NCBI GenBank assembly: GCA_010405405.1
Contig: MU004237.1
Location: 2,119,345-2,183,344 of the forward strand
Reading direction: 5' to 3'
From: Microthyrium microscopicum
Lineage: Eukaryota
DNA length: 64,000 bases
The notes below the pieces were generated by a model. That model was given only the letters and a program-made list of their open reading frames with translations, searched no databases and was not told the DNA's origin. Shown here piece after piece: positions 12,242-24,230 of this stretch; the first letter of the stretch is position 1; every line of letters begins with the position of its first letter. Made by a program: the position numbers and the translations under genes.

Positions 12242-13501
12242 ATGGCCTCCGAACCAGAAAAAACCGTCCAAATAACCCCTCTCCTCAAACGACTATGGCC
12301 CGCCCCAGCCCAAGAAAACGTCGCCGCCCTTGAAATCGCCGCCGCCATATCCCACATCTTCACCAACTCCCTCACCCCCGTCCAAACCGGCGCCCTCCTC
12401 ACCGCCCTCCACTTCACCGGCCTCGACCGCGATCCCAAAGTCCTCGCCGCCTGCGCCAGCGCCATGCGCTCTGCCGCCGCACCCATCGACCACTCCGCAA
12501 TACGCACCGCAATCGCAAACCGCGTACCCAAACAAGGAACCTACGCCGGCGGCCTCGTATGTGTTGCTATTGACACTAGGTAGCTGGTACTAATAAGAGA
12601 GATGTAGTGCGATATAGTCGGCACAGGCGGCGACTCCCACAACACCTTCAACATCAGCACAACAGCCTCAATCCTCGCATCCTCCTACCTCCTAATCGCC
12701 AAACACGGCAACCGCGCCTCCACCTCGCGCTCCGGTTCCGCTGACCTTCTGCAATCCACACTCCCCACCGCCCCACTTCTCGATGCCATAACACCGTCTT
12801 CACTGTCAAAACTGTATAGCAAGACGAATTACGCATTCCTGTTCGCGCCAATCTTCCACCCTGGCATGCGCTTCGTAGCCCCAATCCGCAAAGAACTCGG
12901 CTGGCGCACAATCTTCAACCTCCTAGGCCCCCTCGCAAACCCGCTCGACTGTGCAGGTGAAACTCTCCTCGAAGCGCGCGTCATTGGTGTCGCAAGGAGG
13001 GATGTGGGACCCGCGTTTGCAGAGAGTTTGAAACTAGCCGGTGCGAAGCGTGCGTTGGTGGTTTGTGGGGATGAAGAGTTGGATGAACTTTCCTGTGCGG
13101 GCCCGACACATTGCTGGCAAGTTTCGGGGAACGCAGAGATTGAGTATTTCATGTTACATCCTAGCCATTTTGGGTTTCCAAGTCATCCACTGTCGGAAGT
13201 GGGTGGGGGCAAGGAACCGGGGGAGAATGCGGAGACGTTGATGCGGATATTGAGGGGGGAGATGGGGGAGGAGGAGGCGTTGATGCATTTTGTGCTGATT
13301 AATACGGCTGCGTTGTTGGTGATTAGTGGAATCTGTGAAGCGGACACAAGTGGGGAGGGGGATGAAGGCACGGTGATCATGGAGCGAGGACCTGGTAATG
13401 GACGCTGGAAAGAAGGGGTTCGACGAGCGCGTTTGGCGATTAAGAGTGGACGAGCATTACAAGAGTGGACGCGCTTTGTTGAAGCGACGCATAGTGTTTA
13501 G
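12242..13501 (+). CDS. TRP4: Anthranilate phosphoribosyltransferase (exons 12242-12556, 12608-13501)
   Basis: CDIVGTGGDSHNTFNIST, AKHGNRASTSRSGSADLL, RTIFNLLGPLANP and ELDELS motifs. Intron GTATGT..TAG. Confidence 0.96.
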
Positions 13502-14194
13502 TAGAATGCGGTATGCGACGTATACCATGCCATATGAATGAGATACCCATAATTGAGACGAAGGAGAAATGATGGAAATGTTAAGATCATGATTACCATT
13601 AAATAGTATTACTCCATCTCACCCAGCCGAATCATCATCGCCCAAGCAATCGACGATTCGGGTATCCAAAATCGAGTCCAAGGCATATAGCCTTGACGCA
13701 AAGCTAACAGTACAGCAGAATCATATATACATGATAGAAAAAACCTTTAACCTAACAATCCTGTAATACAAACAAGCTGAAAAATGGGTATATAACGTTC
13801 AACGGAGGGACCACGCCGCCTTCGTGTCGGATGTTGATTTTATGGATGGGTGGAAGTATGTTGGTGGTTCATCTCTTTTGGCATTGGAAGCCGGGGGGGT
13901 GAATTTGTATCCAAGGGGGTCGGTCGTTGGTTCTGAGGTGTAGCTGATGCTTGGTAGGAATTTGGTGAGGATGGCGATGGAAGGGGCTTGCCGATGGGAC
14001 TGAGATGGCAGGCTGTGATGTAGAGCTTCTGGTGGATGGTCTAGCTCTTTCGGGTGATCGTGACCAGAGGGATATATGGTCGATAGCTGTTTGAGCTTGC
14101 GTTTGCCAGGATCTGTTGGCAATGGAGCTTTTTGTTGGATGCCGAGCTGGCCTTTGCAGACCAAGCGCAGCATATAGCCCAAGCCATCAACTCA

Positions 14195-16028
14195 TCAAGG
14201 ACTCCCACCCGGACTATGTCCACCACTTCCTGATCCCATTTCCGCCTGCACCGCATCTCCTTCAATAGTCTTCCGCCAATGTTGGGGCAGACACACACAA
14301 ACCAGTGGGAATGCTTTGATATCACCCTCACCCACTTCAGCCTGTTGATCCCGTCTACTGCCAGCTGACAAGCCACTATCTCGGTTGACATTCCGTGATC
14401 CTTCGTAGTCCTCAGCACGACTATTCAGCTTGTAGCCAGTTGCCCAGCCATCATCCCAGATACCCACAACCTTGAGCATATCACCGCGCTCTAGTTCCCA
14501 CTCATCGCCTGCTCGCGGCTGGTACGCCCAAAGGGTCGCAACGCTGTCGCCTGGGTGTATGTCGTCGCTGCTGTAGTAGTCCTTAAAATGGCTCATCTGC
14601 TCCGACTGCCCACTGCCTGGACCCTCTGGAGAACTTCCATAATTCGGGCTGCTGCTGCTCAGGTCATTGTGGTCGCGCGAAAGGCTGCCACCCCGCTTAG
14701 GCGCGCCGCCTACGACGCCAAGACCAGACCGTTGGCTTTCTGGTGTGTTGTCAAAATTGCTCGAGCTGCCTAGATAGCCACCTGCGAGAGGAGAGCCAGC
14801 GTCGCCAGTTGACGAGGAGCCTTCGAGTGCGGTCATTTGGTGCACGCGTGCGCCTTGTGGGAGGTCGATATCGCGTTGTTGCGCCGGTGAAGCGTACGCC
14901 ATACCGGGACGGCCGCGAGTTGGTGAAGGCTGATTGAAAATGCTGGGAGAACGAACGCTGCCGCGGCGTTTACGGGTTAGGAGGAAGGCAATAAGGGCAA
15001 TGAGGAGGAGGGCGCCAATAATGGAGCCAATGACGATGCCAGCAATAGCACCGCCCGAGAGGCCGTGATGGTCATTATTATGAGAAGCAGTTGCGTTACC
15101 GGTGGCGCTGGGTAGGAAGTTGCCCATGGTGGTAGTAACAGGTAGATGCACTCCCTGACAACGAGTTTCGCTTTGTGAATAGATACAGCATGAGTCGGTG
15201 GCATTAGGCGAGCTGGCGGCGCAGTAGGCACATAGACTGGGTGTGTTTCCACTGAACCCGCAGTTATCGGGTTCGTTCTGGGCACCGTGGATACAATTTG
15301 CGGTGAGAGAGTCCGGTGGGAGGGCGCATGTTGTGAAATCCGCGCGGATCTGATTAAGAGCGTTCGCTGTGGCGGAGCCGCATAGAGATGGAGTTGAGGC
15401 GATTGTTTCCTCGCTTGTTGCGAATGATGCCTATCCACTGATTAGAATTGAGAGTACCACATCATAAAGGGCCTTCTTACACATGAGTCTGCACACATGG
15501 GTTTTGTAGATGCGCCCGATAAGCCGCATGGTGTTACTGAATTTTGTACAATCGCATTGCAGATATATGTTGTTGTGTACCGAGCATATAAATTGGTCGT
15601 GTTCGTGAGATTAACACTACTACATCCAAGTAAATCCTGGTATCTATTGCAGGTTAGCGGCAATCCTCAAGCCATTGACGAGTCCTTACTTTTGTTGTGA
15701 ATAGCCTGTAGATATGTATGATTGCAATTGGCTATCAAATGACTTGACATCTGATACAAACGCCAAAAAGGGACTGTCCATGTTAGTACACGTATCCAAC
15801 CGCGTCCTGTATCTAAACTCACTATAAACCCCTCAATTGGGTATTTGTCGATACCGACGACTGATTAAAGGCTGGACACACAGTGGAGCCCGATAGGGAA
15901 ACACACTGTTGTGCCATAGCCGAAGGTAGCGCCGCAAGCAAAGCAAAGGAAAACCACGAAGCAGATGACGATGAACTCTTTGCGCGGTCGGACCGGGGGC
16001 TTGGAGTTGGTTTTGAGCAAGGTGCCAT
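14195..16028 (-). CDS. Multi-exon type I membrane protein: Cys-rich ectodomain, TM helix, cytoplasmic SH3 domain
   Basis: Signal peptide then CVSLSGSTVCPAF. Introns, e.g. 15774-15822. LSGGAIAGIVIGSIIGALLLIALIAFLL TM helix. SH3 motif ATLWAYQPRAGDEWELERGDMLKVVGIWDDGWATG..AFPLVCV. Confidence 0.88.
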
Positions 16029-18300
16029 TTTTGAATTGCTCTGGGCCGCGGGGAAAGACAAAGAGATTGCAACGGCCAGCTGGAGAAGCACCCCGGTTCG
16101 GATCTGCAGGTACACTTCCTCAGGTTGAGAATGCCGAAAGCAATCCCAGTCGGTTTGCGATATTGTAAAGGGTTGTTTGTTGATGGCTTCTGGTTGACAA
16201 GGTCTTTGTCTAGCAGGAGTCTTTTTAAGTGGTGGTCACTGGGCAGACAGGTGCGGAGCTGTTGCGTGAGGTATAGGCCGGGAGGACGGCCGACCAGGTT
16301 GTTTGTTGGGATATTGGTGACCGGGGAGTATATGGAGGATGGGAGTAGGTTGGGACTGTAACGGTTTCGAAGGCCAGCCAAAAGTGTGAGTAATTAAAAT
16401 GCGACTATAGCTTCATTGAGCAGAAAGTTAGTTGATGATTCTCAAGTCGGGCGCATAGAATTGTAGTTGGGGGATTAAGAGAGACGAGCAGCCAAGTCCA
16501 TGTATGCAGGTTGTGATTGACTAGTCGTGGACAGAGCAAAAAAGAAGAAGGCGCGTCCAAAACATGAGACTTGATGGATCATGTTTGAGAATAATTCCAT
16601 CAGGGGAGGACTCTTACCTTTGCAAATGTCTCGTGGGAATTCTCCAACGAGTTACCTGGCCTGCATTGCCATCTCAACCAGTAAATCGTGTCTTGGATCT
16701 GAAAAATGCCTTTTCCCGTCTTGACGTGCTGTGTCTCGCAATTCCGATTATAGACAGAGCCGAAAATCAATTAATCCAAAGCGGCAAGCACAACAGACAT
16801 GCGGTCCAGTACAGTTTGATAGGCGATTTTGAGCAATTGGTTCAGCAGCGGCGTCGGCACGGTCGAGCGGAGTTTGTTCAGTTCAGCGGCTACTGGGAGG
16901 CTATTATTATGCTTGACAAGCGGTAAAGAGTGGCAATCAAGCAGTGATCAATGAGTGTATGTGTTGAACGAGGGACAAGCAAGTAATTATTAGATGGTAT
17001 GATAATGAACAAGGAAAGAAAAGAAAAGACAATTGATGCACGACGCAGTAATGACCGACGACGACGATAGAGTGAGTGTAGGGAACGAAAGAAGCAGCGG
17101 AGAGGGAGTGGATGGGAGCTGGGACAGGGCCTCTGGGAGTCTGGCTGTTCCTCAGGCTCTTGGTCTCACTGGCTTGCTTTCTTGTCAGCCTCTCTCAGCC
17201 CATGAATTGGCAGCAAAAAGGCAGTTCCACAATCAATCGAGTGCTTCAAGAGAAACTGCCACAAAATTGGTTGTGTTTTGCTTGCAATCTCTCTCCACAA
17301 AGTCCACCTTGGTCCACAACTTCAAATCACCGCAGTCGCGACCGGATTTCAGCCAACCACCATTCGTCCTGGCACACTCACTAGTCTCTTCCAGGCAAGG
17401 TCAATCACGCTAAGGTCCAATACAGTCAAGCGTTGCAGTCGGTACCTGCCAAGGATGGCCATAGCTCTACGCCTTGGGAAGCCACTGCCGTTGATTCCTT
17501 CCAACTCAATTTCCGTCAACAACTCCTTTTCTTCAACAGAAACACTCTCGCTAACAATTTGAGACTTGAGCTCACCAAAACGATGCGGCGCATTTGTCTA
17601 AGATATCAACCTCCCAGCCTCCCGATTATTCCTCACAATCCTTCTCTCTATCAAATGTCGTCCTGAACACATCAACAGCGATTCCCTAAATATTTGCTTT
17701 ACCTTCAAACCTCAGGCATACCATACAGCCAACCGCTTCTTTCTCGCGTGTATGAAAGGATACCATGTCAAACAAGGTAAAGAATACGTCAAATGTTTCA
17801 ACGGCTGTTCGCCCGCTCCTACCTAGTCTGTATTCCTTGCTGTTAAGCACTGCATTAAGAAATACAAGATAGGTGATTTCGCCTCCCTTTTCTCACCATG
17901 TCTTCTGAACCAAAGTCTAAAAAACAATACAACTGCGTAGAGATTAGAAGTATCCTTGCGTCTACCTTCTACTTATGTCACTATATTCATTATTTACGTC
18001 TCGTTTATGCACACATAAGGATAGATCGCTATCAACCTGGTATAACAAGCATGTTTGTGAGCGTAAAAGGCGCGCATGCGATGGATACTTGGATATACTC
18101 TAGGTCCGCTGCTACCTATACACGGAGCACGGTTATCTACTATGTACTCGTACGGTAGGTTGTATTGATAACGCGGATATATCCGACAGAATATTGGTTA
18201 TACGCTACTCTACATCTGCAGAGTACCGTCTTTTCATGAGAATCCTGGGTATCTAAATGCAAGTTGAAAAACATCACCATCACCATCACCAACATCAGCT

Positions 18301-19859
18301 CTAAACCTCCTCACCGCCCTCCCCAGCACCGTTCTCCACCGCCTCCTTCTCCTTTTTATCATCCATCTCCTTCTTATGCCCCTCCTCATACCCCTCCGTC
18401 TTAATATCCCTCAACCCCAACTCCTCCTCCTCCTGTTCCGTCCTTGTATAATCCTCCACCGTAATCGCCGCATCAATCTCCCCATCCACCTCCGCCAAAC
18501 TCTGCACATAACTCCCCGCCAACGGATCCTCCAGCACCAACGTAAACTCCATCTCTCCCGCAATCGCCTTGTCCAGCTTGCTAAAGAAGCCTTCCCACCG
18601 TCCTTTCTCGTCGTGCTGTAAACTGTCGCCGCCGCCATCGGCGTCGAAGACGTTGGCTTTTAGGTCGTCGCGTACTTGCACTAGGAGACCTTCGATTGTG
18701 GTGAAGCGGCCGCCTAATGTACCTGGTTCTACGCTGAGTGCTAGCTCTGAGCAGGAAAGGGCACAGGACTCGGATTTGAGGATGTCGCGGGATAGGTCGG
18801 CGGAGTTTTTGATATGGATGGTTATGCGACGTCCTAGGTCGGGTACTGCGCCGCCGGTTTTCACTTCGTTGGATCGGTAGCCGCAGTGGGCGCAGACGGT
18901 GGACATTATGACTACTTGTTTGAAGTGGGGGATGTTTACCATCTTCATGTGTGTGTCGCAGGATTGCATGCAGCCGGGACAGGTTGCTGGGAAAGTGTAG
19001 ACTTGGTTCTCGACGATATCGTCGTCTGGATCGTGGTCGGCGTCGACGTTGTTGGTTGCTGTTGTGCCGTCGGTTGGTTGAGCGGGATACATGTGTGAGG
19101 GGTGGTATTCTGGACGCATTTCTACGCCGTCGTTGGAGGGTTCTTGGGCGGAGAGTCCGAGGGCAGTGTTTTGTTCGGGCGTGCGGTTGTAGTCTGCTCG
19201 TATGAGTTTGCCACGGGTGTCGGTGGGAGATGGCTCGATCCATGAGTTTCCGGCGGGGTCGTTGGCGGTTATGGTGAAAGGGAAGGACGTGGGTGTGCTG
19301 GATGCCATGGACTGGAGGGATGTTATGATGCTTGCGATCTTCTCGTATACTTCTGGGACGGCTTCTTTGCGCTCATCTTGCTTTTGCGACAGATCTTGCG
19401 CGATGGTTGAAAGAACTCCCTCGATGTTCGTGAGTTGGCCACGGCCCGCGGGCACTTCGAGGTCAATGTCCTCGATCCGAAGGGTACAAGTGTCGCTCTT
19501 GATGAGTTGCCGGCTTAGGTCTTCAGTGTTCTCTACTTTGAAGGTATACTTGTGACCTCTTTGTTGGATTTCGCCGGCAGATTGAATCTCGGAGTTTTTG
19601 AAGTGGCAGTGTTCGCAGGCAAAGGACATGATTATTATTTCGCGGAAGAAGGGAATCTTCGTCAGAAGGAGGCGTGTCATGCCCTGTTTGAGTTAGTTGC
19701 TGGTTCTTCATCAGGCTGTGGGCAACGTACATCTTCATGACAATTCATGCACAAACTCTCGATTTCATCGACGACTCGAGGCTCATCGTCCGTAGCATCC
19801 CCTCCGGTCGTGGCAGCTTGAGCTCCAACAGACTCGAAAAGTTGTGGTCCGGTAGACAT
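18301..19859 (-). CDS. ZPR1: Zinc finger protein ZPR1 (intron 19684-19730)
   Basis: ESLCMNC..TRLLLTKIPFFREIIIMSFACEHC; second finger CPGC..IPHFKQVVIMSTVCAHCGYRSNEVKTGG; GRFTTIEGLL. Confidence 0.96.
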
Positions 19860-20761
19860 GATGGGTTCAAGCGTGTTTGGTTGCGATATATGGTTCGTGG
19901 TAAGTTGATGTTTGGTGAGGTAGCGATGCGACAATAGGTCCACTTATATGCTATAGGGCGTCTTGAATAAGTTAAGATTAAAATACCGTCCAATGGGTCC
20001 AAGAAAATTGTAGTTTTGGGTTCGAAAATGGGCAGTGTTTTGAAGGAAGTTTTTGGTTGAAATTGCCCCACCAGAAATTACGAGATTGATCTCCCGAGCT
20101 CCGGAAGCTTCTGGCAAATAACATCTTCACACTTCAATATTGACTATAACCAACTCGTCATAAGGTGGGGCGTCGGATCTAATCTAAGGCTCTACCAAGA
20201 AAACATATTGCACCGCCTTCGGATTGGCTCATAGCATTCGATATCCATATTCGGTTTACTTTATCTTCTACCGATGCAACCATGAACATATAAGAAGCAG
20301 CTCCTGATCGAATTCCGACACGGGCTATGGAATCCTATAGTGTTGAACCACGAGGCAGTATTCGTCGCCCATGGAGTCAAAGCACTCCCAACATTTGAAC
20401 AGAAGGTTATATAGCGCAAGTAAAGGACAGGCCCAAAACGCCAGTGAACATGAAAACGCATCTGGTGCTCCTCGTGGGAGACATCAAAGCCAACAGCAGG
20501 CTCAATCAAATCAAGCCCATCACTTCAGAGCTTATCGTGTTGGACCTAGGAGTAGTGCTCGTCGCGAATGGATGATTAGATGATGTTTGTATTCAAAGAT
20601 GTTGCTTCAAGCACTTGATTGTCTAATAACGACTTCTGGTTCTCCTGCACCTCTTCCTGCCGCACCTTTTCCGAATTTCCTTCCTCTTGTGCTTCAGACT
20701 ACTCGTCGAAGTCATGATCGAAATCAAATCGGTCAACATCAGAGTCCTCTTCCTCATCTGC

Positions 20762-21799
20762 CTATTCCTCTGGTATCCAAGTGGGATTCTGGTCTTCCGA
20801 ACCCTGCCACAACATCTCACGTCTTGACCCACGGCTATTTGGTGGGTACCAAGCCCAAATTTCGCAAGGAATGTGATCTCGTTGCTCATCTATCGTCATC
20901 TCAACACAGGTGTGATAGTAATATCCTGGCCCCGATGTTGATGTTCTGGGTTTGGTTTGAAATCGCCATGCTGTAGGAACGCCGACCAAAATTCCGTGCT
21001 TTTGAAAGTATTTTTGAATTTTTCTCATCCACCATCGATGGAAGCTGAAACTCGGAGGGACAGTACCATTTCGAGGATGGTCAGGATCATCGAAGGCGAA
21101 GTTTTCTTGCCGCCCAGACACTATAGCACCGGAAGTGGTGGTTTCCAGAGCATGAGGCTGCCAGTTTCGATAGGCGCTGCCACCGTAGGAAGTGTAGGAC
21201 AACCCCGACTTCACTTGGAATTCACATGTGAATGTTTTGATCTGTTGCGCTTGGCTAAGAATCTGAATGTTGTCTTGAAGCTTCTCGCCGATTGGAAAGG
21301 CTTTAGCAACGACCGTATTTAACCAATTGCTTTTAGCTCGAACATTACAAAGCTTTGGAAATAGACTAAGCACAGTTGTAGCCCCACACCACAAGTACGA
21401 TGCTTCAACAGAAAGATGAAGACTCCGGATGCGACTCATCTGAGAAAGCGAAATGTTGAATGCTTTCTGGGACGAATTGGACGAAAGAAACAAGTGTTTC
21501 GGGTTGATAGATTCCAGCCGAAACAGATTCTCGCAATAGAGAAGTTCTGTTGCTTCCTCCGCGATTTTCTTGCATGTGCTCAGAATTTGAGGATATAGAC
21601 CGAAAGATTCGCTGGCTCTGTAAATACGAGTTATGAAGCCTGGACTGTTGTCGGGCTCCTCGTCGATGGTGATTGTCGGTATCCTCCAGATTTCATCCGG
21701 GGTAGGAAACACCAGAAGCTCTTTGTAGATCATTAGTCGAACCTCTGGTGGTAGCCTACGCAGTGAGCCGCAGTCTGAAGAAAGATTCTCTGCGGACAT
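20762..21799 (-). CDS. F-box-like array paralog P1 (subtype A)
   Basis: LRRLPPEVRLMIYKELL; PQILSTCKKIAEEATELLYCENLFRL; C-terminal FSFHRWWM..VPTAWRF..DHIPCEI. Intronless, 345 aa. Confidence 0.82.
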   Translation of the reverse strand: MSAENLSSDCGSLRRLPPEVRLMIYKELLVFPTPDEIWRIPTITIDEEPDNSPGFITRIYRASESFGLYPQILSTCKKIAEEATELLYCENLFRLESINPKHLFLSSNSSQKAFNISLSQMSRIRSLHLSVEASYLWCGATTVLSLFPKLCNVRAKSNWLNTVVAKAFPIGEKLQDNIQILSQAQQIKTFTCEFQVKSGLSYTSYGGSAYRNWQPHALETTTSGAIVSGRQENFAFDDPDHPRNGTVPPSFSFHRWWMRKIQKYFQKHGILVGVPTAWRFQTKPRTSTSGPGYYYHTCVEMTIDEQRDHIPCEIWAWYPPNSRGSRREMLWQGSEDQNPTWIPEE

Positions 21800-22651
21800 G
21801 ATAATGGTGGTGTTGAGGGTATGATGTGAGGTTTTAGTTTCGTGATATTTGAAGTGTGGAGGACTAGAAATAATTTAGGAGGTGCGTTTGGGATGAACGA
21901 TGGCAGACTACTTAGGCAGCTGCCTACGGGTGTCTATGTGCCTAGAAAGGCTTCGCATGACGTGATTGTGACTGCCACTTATATTCATTTTGGCTGGGTC
22001 GTGCTTGCCGTGGCGGCTCACATACTGAACGCTCGATAAGGCTGAGCAATTTCACCATAAGGCTGACAGCACCAATCAAAATAGTCGAAATGTAATTATC
22101 AACTCCTGTGAGGGACAAGATAGCTAAATATCTAAAAATACATATATGCAATTCATGATTTCTCCGATATAAGAATATACAATACTGCTATCAACAGGTG
22201 GGCCGCCAGAGCCATAGTGCACAACCGCATGGCAAAATAATGATCTTGTCCCATGAAATCTGATGGCCGCCACCAACGCTCTTAAGCAAAGGTGCTATAC
22301 TTCCCATTGTAACCGATAAACTAGTCGGTTCTGAATAACCTCTATGGCAAATAGAGCACTCGATAAAAGGGCGTATCATCTGGGAGCCAACAAGGTTGAT
22401 GGGAACGCGCCACTTATTTTGCTGACCCGTTGTCTGCACATGAAACAATCTTTGCGCTCGGGTGCAAGGCAAGATTGCGTCGCCCGTTTTCGGTAGTTCT
22501 TCACCTTTGCTCACACACACCTTATCTTAGTTCTGCTCGCTTTCATTCTTTATTCATTTTAATTTCATTGTCATCTGATTCTTCTGATCCATATAGATAA
22601 AAGGTAGCGCTTCACCAAGCCTTTTGTCGTCCTATTATTCAAGATCGTCCA

Positions 22652-23653
22652 CTACAACTCTTCCGTCCCAGTAATTGTCTCGTGTCTATCAACGATCTCG
22701 CACTTGATGTGGTCCTGATGTACGCCTGTCGCCATTTCGACCCATGGAAATGGCTGCCTACCACTGGCGTCGGTGAGGAATCGCCAGGCAGTAGGAACAT
22801 CCTGCAGGATATCTCGTCTTCGAAGTTCCGCCTGGATTTGTTTCCTCCACCATCGATGAAATATGAAGTTGGCTAGTTCCAAGGTACGAACAGGATTCTT
22901 GCCATCAATGTCTGCTTCAACTTGTTGTTTTGGCAGAGTATTTGGCAGCCACAGTCCACGAACAGATTCACAGTCGCTCCCTTCGTCTTGGGATGATCCA
23001 TGGAAATACTTCAATTCAAAGAAGCATTTGATCTTTTTGATACGTGGAATCTGGCTGAGCTCTTCAAGGACATCGAGAGTGTGCACTTCGTGTTGCTCAT
23101 TTGGTCTACCTTGGTAGGAAACATAGGTTTGTGGCCACGAGGTCTTTCCATGAACGGTACGAAGAGCTGGAAATTGGCCGAGCAAAGTTGCAAGAGGCTC
23201 GTTGTAGTAAGCTGCCTCCATGGGGACGTGAAGAGTCGTAATGAAGTTGGTTAAGCGACGTGGCACCATGCATTCCACTTTCTCAGGATACACTTTGCTG
23301 CGCGTATAAAGGCGAAAGACGTTATGGCGATAAAGGATTTCATGCGCTTCTTCGTGTATCTGTTTGCAGGCGCGAAGAATCTGCGGAAAAAGCCTTCGAG
23401 GTGGAATGTTATAGGGAAAGCCGTCGAAACAAGGCGGATGCGTCCACTGAGAACCTCCGTGGATATCGGTCACATAATCTCCGCTCATATCACGACAGGG
23501 CCCAAGAACGATGTCCTGTTCTGTCCGTGTTGGCTTGTTTGACGTGAGGGGCTCGGGAGGCGCAGTTAGAAGATATCCATAGACGATCAATCTGATCTCA
23601 GGAGGAAGCATGTAGAGAAAGCCGGAACATTGTGGAGATTCGGTAGAAACCAT
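22652..23653 (-). CDS. F-box-like array paralog P2 (subtype A)
   Basis: FLYMLPPEIRLIVYGYLL; PQILRACKQIHEEAHEILYRHNVFRL; FIFHRWWR..VPTAWRF..DHIKCEI. 333 aa. Confidence 0.82.
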   Translation of the reverse strand: MVSTESPQCSGFLYMLPPEIRLIVYGYLLTAPPEPLTSNKPTRTEQDIVLGPCRDMSGDYVTDIHGGSQWTHPPCFDGFPYNIPPRRLFPQILRACKQIHEEAHEILYRHNVFRLYTRSKVYPEKVECMVPRRLTNFITTLHVPMEAAYYNEPLATLLGQFPALRTVHGKTSWPQTYVSYQGRPNEQHEVHTLDVLEELSQIPRIKKIKCFFELKYFHGSSQDEGSDCESVRGLWLPNTLPKQQVEADIDGKNPVRTLELANFIFHRWWRKQIQAELRRRDILQDVPTAWRFLTDASGRQPFPWVEMATGVHQDHIKCEIVDRHETITGTEEL

Positions 23654-24230
23654 GATGAGCTCCTTGGTCGAAAAGCGATGTTGCGGTTCTTTGCTGTTTA
23701 TGCGATGTAAAGTTTATGGAAATTGGAGAATGATAAAGGCACAAGCTGATCTGCGTGTTGAAAATATATGAGTAGTACTGAGATATATAGCAGGTGGCGG
23801 AGAGAGTGATTTCAAGAGCTGTCACTTCAGCTGTCACTTCAGAACTTTCATCTCTCCGTAGCGGGTTGCCTCGATCACCTCATTTGTACTTTCCAGGTCA
23901 CTCGTGGGTTTTGAGGTTGATATGGAGCCGCCAGGTGGCCATTCAGAGGTAGAATGCCTTCTGCATCCTCTTCGGCAGCGTAGCAAACTTGGGCTGAAAG
24001 AACATTACAATTGAAAACATAAGCATTTCAATTGCTCATAATCTAGCTGATTTCCAATGTGAAATACAGGTATTGACGGTCTGGATGACTCGCCAGCAGA
24101 TTTCAAATACTCGGAGATCCTAGCATAACAAATCAACCCTTAAAAGCCATTAGATAGGTACTCAGCACTGATGCCGACTCCGACGGAAATGGATGGAAAG
24201 GCGTCCATCGGCACTCCTGCCTAAGTACTA

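Noticed and set aside
16030..18290. Short ORFs in the long region upstream of the SH3 gene
   Set aside because: Overlapping, mutually inconsistent frames with no motifs. More likely 5' UTR or promoter sequence.
18376..19740. Many antisense or alternate-frame ORFs over ZPR1 (likewise over MON2, UBA2 and TRP4)
   Set aside because: Shadow ORFs caused by codon bias in the real genes.
21909..24227. Inverted 11-bp match TACTTAGGCAG (21909) / CTGCCTAAGTA (24217) as ends of an element carrying P2
   Set aside because: Too short, no target-site duplication, and similar TAC(C/T)TAGG motifs recur elsewhere in the window.
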